Of a stretch of DNA of 64,000 bases, positions 57,694 to 64,000 are shown one piece after another. Position 1 is the first letter of the stretch. Each line of letters begins with the position of its first letter. The stretch lies in contig JANOTL010000115.1 in assembly GCA_031416315.1 (NCBI GenBank), forward strand, positions 1 through 64,000, written 5' to 3'. Origin of the DNA: Pseudomonadota bacterium (GTDB lineage: Bacteria; Bdellovibrionota_B; Oligoflexia; Oligoflexales; CAIYRB01). The notes under the pieces were generated by a model. That model searched no databases. It saw nothing but the letters and a program-made list of their open reading frames with translations, and was not told the origin of the DNA. Made by a program: the position numbers and the translations under genes.

Positions 57694-58857
57694 ATGCAAC
57701 GAGTTCTCATCATCGGCGGAGGGCTGGCCGGGAGCCTCATCGCAAGCCGCTTCGTCGAGGCGCGGCCCGAGCTGGAGCTCACCTTGCTCGAGGGCGCGCC
57801 GCGGCTCCTCGGCGACAAGACCTGGAGCTTTCACGCGGCCGATCTCGCGCCGGCGACGCGCGGCGGCCAAAGGCTGGACCCCTCATGGCTCGCAGGGCTT
57901 GCGAGCCGCACTTGGGATGGGTACGACGTCTTCTTTCCGCGCCTCGAGAGGCGCATTGAAGACCGCTATTATTCCATCCGTTCCGAAGACTTGCGCATGC
58001 GGCTGATGCCGCTGCTCGGCAGTCGCGTCCGCCTCGGAGTCGTCGTGCGCACGGTCGACGCGAAGGGCGCGACGCTCGCCGACGGCACGCGCGTCGAGGC
58101 CGATCTCGTGATCGACGCGCGGGGCGGCGCCACTCGCGGCGCCCCGGGACCGGTCGCCTGGCAGACTTTCTACGGCGTCTTTCTCCGCACGGAGCGGCCC
58201 CATGGGATCCTGCGGCCCCGGCTGATGGATGCGCGGGTTCCGCAAATCGGCGGGTTTCGCTTCCTCTACACGCTTCCATTCAGCGAGCACGAGCTCCTGA
58301 TCGAAGATACGCGGTATGCCGACGCGCGCGCGATCGACGAAGAAGGGGCACGGGCGATCCTGCCGGATTATTTGCGGCGCATCGCGCCCGATGCCGGCGC
58401 GTGGACGGAGACCGGCTCCGAATCCGGGGCGCTGCCGATCCCGCTCTGCGGACCCGCGACGCCCGAGCACGTCCCGGGCGTGGCTCCCGCTGGCGTCGGC
58501 GCCGGACTCTATCACCCGACGACCGGCTACTCTTTACGTTACGCGGCGTTGGCGGCCGATCTCGTCGTCTCCGCGGGCGATGCGAGCGCCGCCGTCGCGC
58601 TGATGCGCGCCGCTGCCGACCGCGCCTGGACCGACGGCGCGTTCTACCGGCGGCTCAACAACATGCTGTTTTTCGCCGCGCCGCCGGCAGAAAGATGGAA
58701 GGTCCTCGAAAAATTCTATCGCCTCGGAGACCAGTCCGTGGGACGTTTCTATGCCGCGCGGTCGACTCTCCTCGACCGCGTGCGTCTGTTGAGTGGACGG
58801 CCGCCCGTGCCACTCAAAGCAGGGATTCGGGCGTTCTTGAGGAAAGCGGGTGCGTGA
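57694..58857 (+). CDS. crtY: Lycopene beta-cyclase
   Basis: IIGGGLAG, TWSFH, VIDARG, LMDARVPQIGGFRFLYTLP, LIEDTRY, HPTTGYSL, LLSGRPPVP. Confidence 0.92.
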   Translation: MQRVLIIGGGLAGSLIASRFVEARPELELTLLEGAPRLLGDKTWSFHAADLAPATRGGQRLDPSWLAGLASRTWDGYDVFFPRLERRIEDRYYSIRSEDLRMRLMPLLGSRVRLGVVVRTVDAKGATLADGTRVEADLVIDARGGATRGAPGPVAWQTFYGVFLRTERPHGILRPRLMDARVPQIGGFRFLYTLPFSEHELLIEDTRYADARAIDEEGARAILPDYLRRIAPDAGAWTETGSESGALPIPLCGPATPEHVPGVAPAGVGAGLYHPTTGYSLRYAALAADLVVSAGDASAAVALMRAAADRAWTDGAFYRRLNNMLFFAAPPAERWKVLEKFYRLGDQSVGRFYAARSTLLDRVRLLSGRPPVPLKAGIRAFLRKAGA

Positions 58858-59896
58858 AAATTCGGAATCGGCGAGTCCGGCGAGCGGACTTCCCGAGAGC
58901 GCGGCTCTGGCGTCGCGCATCGAAGGTCTCTCGCCAAGAATCGCGGCGACCTTGGCACAGGTCCTGATCGCACCGGCGCGGGATCTGGCGGAGCGGCCCA
59001 GCAAGCGTTTCCGTGCCGACCTGGTCACCTTGGGCTTCGCCTTGGCGCGGGGCGCGTTCCCCGAGACGCCGCTCGCCCCGCGCGATCAGCATGCGCTCGC
59101 GACCTGCCAGCAGGCGATCGAGCTCTTGCACGCGGGCGCGCTGATCGTCGACGACATTCAGGACGGCAGCGCCGTGCGCCGGGGCGCCGAGGCCGCGCAC
59201 ATGCGCTACGGCATGCCGCGGGCGCTTTGCGCCGGGAATTGGCTGTACTTTTGGCCGCTGCGCCTCATCGCGACGCTCGGGCTCAGCGCCGAGTCGGAGC
59301 GCTCCGCGTTTCGAATCTACGGCGACGCTCTCGAGCGGGCGCACTACGGGCAGGCCTTGGACCTCGGGCTTCGCGTCGACGAATTGCCGCAAGAAGAGCT
59401 CGGCGCGGCGTGCCGCGTCGTGACGGAGCTGAAAACGGGGGAGATCACGGCGTTGGCGATGGCGCTCGGCGCGATTGCGGGCGGCGCGACCGAGCCGACG
59501 ACGGAGATCCTTCGCGGCTTCGGGCGGCGCTTCGGCGGCGCCCTCCAGCTCCTCGACGACCTCGGGAACGCGCTCGGCCGGGTCGACCCGGAAAAGCGCT
59601 TCGAGGACTTCGTGCAAAGAAAGCCGACCGGGCTCTGGGGCGAGGCGGCGTGCTTCTTCGACGAGCCGGATTTCGCACGGTTTCGCGGCATGGCGTTGGC
59701 CTTGCCTGAAGGCGCCGAGGCCTTCGTCGCCGAGCTGGCGAAGACGGGATTCGAGGCGCACGTGCGTCGCGAAGCGGCTCGGGCCTTGGACGAGGCGCTC
59801 TCTGGCTTGGCGCGCGAGCTGGAGCACCCGCCCGAGCATCCGGCCCTGATCGCCATCCACAAGCTCGCGCGGAGATTGACCCATGCGTATGGCTGA
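58850..59896 (+). CDS. crtE: Polyprenyl diphosphate (probably GGPP) synthase
   Basis: KRFR, IELLHAGALIVDDIQD...RRG, GQALDL, LKTG, QLLDDLGN; crt operon context. Confidence 0.82.
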   Translation: MRENSESASPASGLPESAALASRIEGLSPRIAATLAQVLIAPARDLAERPSKRFRADLVTLGFALARGAFPETPLAPRDQHALATCQQAIELLHAGALIVDDIQDGSAVRRGAEAAHMRYGMPRALCAGNWLYFWPLRLIATLGLSAESERSAFRIYGDALERAHYGQALDLGLRVDELPQEELGAACRVVTELKTGEITALAMALGAIAGGATEPTTEILRGFGRRFGGALQLLDDLGNALGRVDPEKRFEDFVQRKPTGLWGEAACFFDEPDFARFRGMALALPEGAEAFVAELAKTGFEAHVRREAARALDEALSGLARELEHPPEHPALIAIHKLARRLTHAYG

Positions 59897-61439
59897 AGGA
59901 CCTCGCGCCGCCGTCATCGGCAGCGGCTTCGGCGGGCTCGCGACCGCGATCCGCCTGCAGGCGGCGGGCGTGCCCACGACGATCTACGAAGCCTTGGACA
60001 AGCCGGGTGGCCGTGCTTACGTGTTCGAGGATCAAGGCTACACTTTCGACGCCGGGCCGACCGTGATCACGGCGCCCGAATGCCTCGAGAAGCTCTTTCG
60101 CGTCGCGCGCCGGCCGATGCAGGACTATGTCGAGCTCCTGCCGATCTCACCGATGTACCGCCTTTTCTGGGAGGACGGCGAGCGCTTCGACTACTACGCC
60201 GACGACGCGGGCATGATGGCGGAGATCGAGCGGCTCTCGCCGGGGGACGTCGCGGGCTACCGGCAGTTTTTCCGTTACGCCACCGAAGTCTACAAAGCGG
60301 GATACGAGGAGCTTTGTCACGTGCCGTTCCTGTCGTTCGCCGACATGGTCCGCGTGGCACCGGAGCTGATGCGCCTGCAAGCGTGGCGGCCGGTGTACTC
60401 GAAGGTCGCGAGCTACTTCAAGAGCGAGAAGCTGCGCCAGGCCTTCAGTTTCAACAGCCTCCTGATCGGCGGCAATCCGTTCTCCGCGTCTTCGATCTAT
60501 ACGCTGATCCATCCGCTCGAGCGCAAATGGGGCGTCTTCTTCCCGAAGGGCGGGACGCATGCGCTCGTGCGCGGCTTGGCGCGGCTTTTCACCGACCTCG
60601 GCGGCAAGCTCGTCCTGAACGCGGAGATCGAGCGGATCACGACCGCGAGCGGGCGCGTCACCGGCGTCGAAGGCAAGGGCGGTCACGCGGAGGCTTTCGA
60701 TCTCGTCGTCAGCAACGCCGACGTCACGACGACCTACAAAAAGCTGCTGCAAGACGACGCCGACGGGCGAAGAGCGGCGCGAAGCCTGCAAAAAAAGCAG
60801 CTCAGCATGTCGCTCTTCGTCGTTTACTTCGGCGTCTCCGGGCCGGCCTACCCGAACCTCGTGCACCACAACGTCATGTTCGGGCACCGGTACCGCGAGC
60901 TGCTCGACGACATCTTCAAGCGCGGCAAGGTGGCCGACGACTTCTCGCTCTATTTGCACGCGCCGACCCTGACCGATCCGTCGCTCGCGCCCGAAGGCGG
61001 ACACTCGTTCTACGTCTTGTCACCCGTGCCGCACCTCGGGCACAAAGACGGCTACGACTGGCAGAGCGGCGCCGAGCGTTACGCCGACAAGATCATGAAA
61101 TACCTCGACGAGCGCTACATGCCGGGCCTTAGGCAGCGCGTCGTCACGCGCCGAACGTTCTCGCCGCTCGAGTTCCAGTCGCGGCTCGGCGCGCACCTCG
61201 GGAACGCCTTCTCGCTGGCGCCGACCTTGACGCAAAGCGCATACTTCCGCGTCCACAACCGCGACGACCGCATCGGGGGGCTCTATTTCGCGGGCGCTGG
61301 GACACATCCGGGCGCGGGCATTCCGGGCGTCATCGGCTCGGCCGAGGCGACCTTCGGGGTCATCGCGCGCGATCTAGGCATCGCGTCCGTCCCGGCCGAG
61401 GCCTTTGTCGGCTCTGCTTTCGAGGCGGCGCATGTCTGA
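59889..61439 (+). CDS. crtI: Phytoene desaturase
   Basis: VIGSGFGGLA, PGGRAY, FDAGPTVIT, LLIGGNPF, VVSNAD, LYFAGAGTHPGAGIPGV. Confidence 0.95.
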   Translation: MAEGPRAAVIGSGFGGLATAIRLQAAGVPTTIYEALDKPGGRAYVFEDQGYTFDAGPTVITAPECLEKLFRVARRPMQDYVELLPISPMYRLFWEDGERFDYYADDAGMMAEIERLSPGDVAGYRQFFRYATEVYKAGYEELCHVPFLSFADMVRVAPELMRLQAWRPVYSKVASYFKSEKLRQAFSFNSLLIGGNPFSASSIYTLIHPLERKWGVFFPKGGTHALVRGLARLFTDLGGKLVLNAEIERITTASGRVTGVEGKGGHAEAFDLVVSNADVTTTYKKLLQDDADGRRAARSLQKKQLSMSLFVVYFGVSGPAYPNLVHHNVMFGHRYRELLDDIFKRGKVADDFSLYLHAPTLTDPSLAPEGGHSFYVLSPVPHLGHKDGYDWQSGAERYADKIMKYLDERYMPGLRQRVVTRRTFSPLEFQSRLGAHLGNAFSLAPTLTQSAYFRVHNRDDRIGGLYFAGAGTHPGAGIPGVIGSAEATFGVIARDLGIASVPAEAFVGSAFEAAHV

Positions 61440-62346
61440 GACGCCGCTCGAACATTACTGCACGGCGGCGATCCGCAAGGGCTCGCTCAGCTTCGATTTC
61501 GCCTCGCGGCTATTGCCGCGGCGCTCGCGTGCGGCGGTGCACATGCTTTACGCCTGGTGCCGGCATGCGGACGACGTCGTCGACCGCGGCGGCGACGCCC
61601 AAACCGTAGCTGAGCTCCGGCGTTTGACGCGCAGGGCGATGGCCGGGATTCCCGAGGGCGGCCGTGAGTTTGAGGCCCTGACCTGGCTTTCGCGCAACTA
61701 CGCCTTGCCCGAGACTTACCTGCAGGAGCTCCTCTCGGGCATGCAGATGGATGTCGACGGCGCCCGCTATCCCGATCTCGCAAGCCTGCGCCTTTACTGC
61801 TGGCGTGTCGCTGGCACGGTCGGCGTCATGTTCTCGCACATCGTCGGCGTCAGCACGCCGGTGGCGCTCGCGCATGCGGCCGAGCTCGGCATCGCCATGC
61901 AGATGACCAACATCGCGCGAGACGTGCTCGAAGATCACGCGATGGGGCGCTGCTACTTGCCGGAGAGCTGGCTCGCCCAAGCCGGCTTGAGCCGCGAGAC
62001 GGCGTTCGCGCCGGAGCATCGCGAGAAGCTGCACGAGGTCGTCACGCGCCTTTTGGCCGAGGCCGACCGGAGCTACGCGCTCGGCGACCGCGGCGTCGGC
62101 TTTCTGCCGCTCGGCACCGCCTTAGCCGTCGCGGTCGCGCGACGCGTCTATTCCGAGATCGGCCGCCTCGTCCGCGAGCGCGGCGGGGGCGCCTGGGATC
62201 GTCGAGCGTTCGTGCCTTTGTCGCGTAAGCTTCAGCTCTTTTTGTTCGCCGCCCTCCAGGCGCTCTCGACTCGAAGGCTCGTGCGCTTTCGCGCTTGCGA
62301 GCTCGCCGCCGCCCACTACCGCTTCGAAGGAGGACTCACGCCATGA
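61432..62346 (+). CDS. crtB: Phytoene synthase
   Basis: GSLSFDFAS, LYAWCRHADDVVD, YCWRVAGTVG, LGIAMQMTNIARDVLED...GRCYLP. Confidence 0.93.
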   Translation: MSETPLEHYCTAAIRKGSLSFDFASRLLPRRSRAAVHMLYAWCRHADDVVDRGGDAQTVAELRRLTRRAMAGIPEGGREFEALTWLSRNYALPETYLQELLSGMQMDVDGARYPDLASLRLYCWRVAGTVGVMFSHIVGVSTPVALAHAAELGIAMQMTNIARDVLEDHAMGRCYLPESWLAQAGLSRETAFAPEHREKLHEVVTRLLAEADRSYALGDRGVGFLPLGTALAVAVARRVYSEIGRLVRERGGGAWDRRAFVPLSRKLQLFLFAALQALSTRRLVRFRACELAAAHYRFEGGLTP

Positions 62347-62939
62347 GCGTCGCCACGCCCGCTCTCGCGCCCTTGCGCGAGTTTCGCAGCTACGTCGCCA
62401 ACATCCGCTCGTTCGACGGGCGCGACTGGTTCCTCTACGCGATGTGGATGGGGACCATCTTCAGCCTGTTCGCGGGGACTTCGGCGTTCGTCCTCTTCGG
62501 CACCTTGGGCGGCGTCGACTTCCCCGGGTACGTCTACTTCGTGCCGATCGGCACCTTCCTCTTCAGCACCGCGCTGGCGGTCGACGACATCGGCCATCGC
62601 ACCCTCTACAAAGAGGACTTGAAAGCCGGAGAAGGCCAAGTGCACCGGATGATCGTCGCGACGGCGGTCCCGAGCGTGATGGCGCTCTGCCTTAGCTACC
62701 AGCATCCCGAGACGTTTCGCATGCCGGCGCTGGCGCTCATCTTCCTCTCCCTGTTCTACAGCGCGCTCGACGAAGCGATGCACTGGGTGCGCTACCGAAC
62801 GAAGGGCCTCGACAGAGTCGAGATGTGGAGCCACTTCGTCGCGATCACGGGCCACGTTCTGATGATCTCGTGTTGGTGGCAATGGTACGACGACGGTTAC
62901 AAGGGCGTCGCCGAGACGCTGCGACTCCTGCCGTTCTAA
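62343..62939 (+). CDS. Unknown multi-TM protein with repeated [DE]xxxH motifs, inside the crt operon
   Basis: ATGA overlap with the crtB stop; DDIGH, EGQVH, DEAMH, EMWSH between hydrophobic helices. Confidence 0.75.
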   Translation: MSVATPALAPLREFRSYVANIRSFDGRDWFLYAMWMGTIFSLFAGTSAFVLFGTLGGVDFPGYVYFVPIGTFLFSTALAVDDIGHRTLYKEDLKAGEGQVHRMIVATAVPSVMALCLSYQHPETFRMPALALIFLSLFYSALDEAMHWVRYRTKGLDRVEMWSHFVAITGHVLMISCWWQWYDDGYKGVAETLRLLPF

Positions 62940-62964
62940 GCTCACTCGAAGGAGTTCCGTCGCC

Positions 62965-64000
62965 ATGGGAACCGCTCTCGCCCTCCTCGGTCTTCTTCTC
63001 CTCGCCTACCGCTTGACGCCTCGCGCCGCCGCTTGGCGCCGTCCCGTCGTGACCGAGCCGAAAAAGTGGCCCTTGGTCTCGATCATCGTGCCCGCGCGGG
63101 ACGAGGCGGCGAACCTGCCGCGCCTCCTCGGTTCTTTGAGGTCGCTCGACTATCCGCACACGGAAATCTTGGTCGTCGACGACTGCTCCACCGACGACAC
63201 CGCGTCGGTCGCCGAGCGGGAAGGCGCGCGCCTCATCCGCGGTCGGGCCTTGCCCGAGAAATGGCGTGGAAAGCAGTGGGCTTGCTGGCAGGGCGCCTAT
63301 CACGCGCGAGGCGACCTCTTTCTCTTCACCGACGCCGACACGAATCACGAGCCGGACTCCCTGAAACGCGCCGTGCAGGACCTTGTGGGTAGCGGGAGCG
63401 CCATGCTCTCGGCCTTGCCGTTTCACGAGGCGAAGGACCTTTGGGAGCGCCTCCTTGGACCCTTCCATCTCTTGCTTCTCGCTATGACCGCGCCCTTCGG
63501 TCGTCCGCGCGAGGGTCGCGTCTTCGCTATTGGCCAGTATCTCCTGATGACGCGCCAGGCTTACCGCTCGCTCGGCGGTCACTCGGCCGTACGCAACCAC
63601 GCCGTCGAAGACCTGCCGCTGGCGAATCTCTGCCTGTTCCAAAAGCAGCCGTATCGGCTCTATCCAGCGCAGGCCGGCGAGGCGCCGCTTTTTCGCGTGC
63701 GCATGTACACGAGCTTCGGCGACTTCCTCGCCGGCTGGCGCCGCAATTTCCGCGCCGGCTTCACCGAGACGACGCCGATCGCGGGCCTCGAGATGGTCCT
63801 CTTCGCCGCCGCGATCACGGGTGGGGGCCATTTCACCGCGACTTGGATGACCGCCCTCGTCATGCTCGCGACGATGGTCGTCTTCGCCTTGCGGCAGCGG
63901 GCGAGCGGCAATTTTCACGTGGCCGGCGCCGTCCTCGCGCCGCTCGTGCTCGTGGTCTTTTGCTACGTCTCGATCCTCGCGTTCTTCGACCTCGTCTTCC
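62965..64000 (+). CDS. Family 2 glycosyltransferase (CrtQ/CruC-like carotenoid glycosyltransferase), truncated by the window end
   Basis: Translated by hand from ATG 62965: VSIIVPARDEAANL, ILVVDDCSTDDT, WRGKQWAC, LFTDADT, VEDL. Absent from the ORF track because no stop occurs before the window end. Confidence 0.85.
   Translation, partial: MGTALALLGLLLLAYRLTPRAAAWRRPVVTEPKKWPLVSIIVPARDEAANLPRLLGSLRSLDYPHTEILVVDDCSTDDTASVAEREGARLIRGRALPEKWRGKQWACWQGAYHARGDLFLFTDADTNHEPDSLKRAVQDLVGSGSAMLSALPFHEAKDLWERLLGPFHLLLLAMTAPFGRPREGRVFAIGQYLLMTRQAYRSLGGHSAVRNHAVEDLPLANLCLFQKQPYRLYPAQAGEAPLFRVRMYTSFGDFLAGWRRNFRAGFTETTPIAGLEMVLFAAAITGGGHFTATWMTALVMLATMVVFALRQRASGNFHVAGAVLAPLVLVVFCYVSILAFFDLVF

Overview
GC-rich bacterial chromosomal segment, densely coding (about 63 CDS plus one tRNA-Leu), with no mobile element, CRISPR array or rRNA. 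The gene content (mevalonate pathway, futalosine menaquinone genes, sigma-54 two-component system, many lipoproteins, several class III cyclases) suggests a Bdellovibrionota/Oligoflexia- or Myxococcota-like organism; this is inference only. Main blocks: (1) amn - POTRA/beta-barrel - periplasmic protein - NtrY/NtrX-like operon; (2) ABC1/UbiB kinase interrupted by one in-frame TAG; (3) tatA, tRNA-Leu(CAA), rpsU, a cytochrome c-FTR1 iron permease with a Fur-like box, SUI1, aat; (4) a tightly coupled fni-mvaA-pmk-mvaD-mvk-mqnD-mqnE operon in which MqnE carries a degenerate second radical-SAM-like barrel; (5) a three-gene class III nucleotidyl cyclase cluster; (6) a DUF3570/DUF4266-like plus thioredoxin envelope redox module; (7) a PvdP-like tyrosinase lipoprotein; (8) a carotenoid cluster crtY-crtE-crtI-crtB - unknown His-motif membrane protein - GT2, running off the window end. 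The strongest candidate for an undescribed system is the overlapping cyclase pair at 44609-47430. Its two multi-TM paralogs have complementary catalytic losses that match the C2 and C1 halves of mammalian membrane adenylyl cyclases, suggesting a split, obligate heterodimeric bacterial cyclase. All family calls are from motif recognition by eye; no database search was run.
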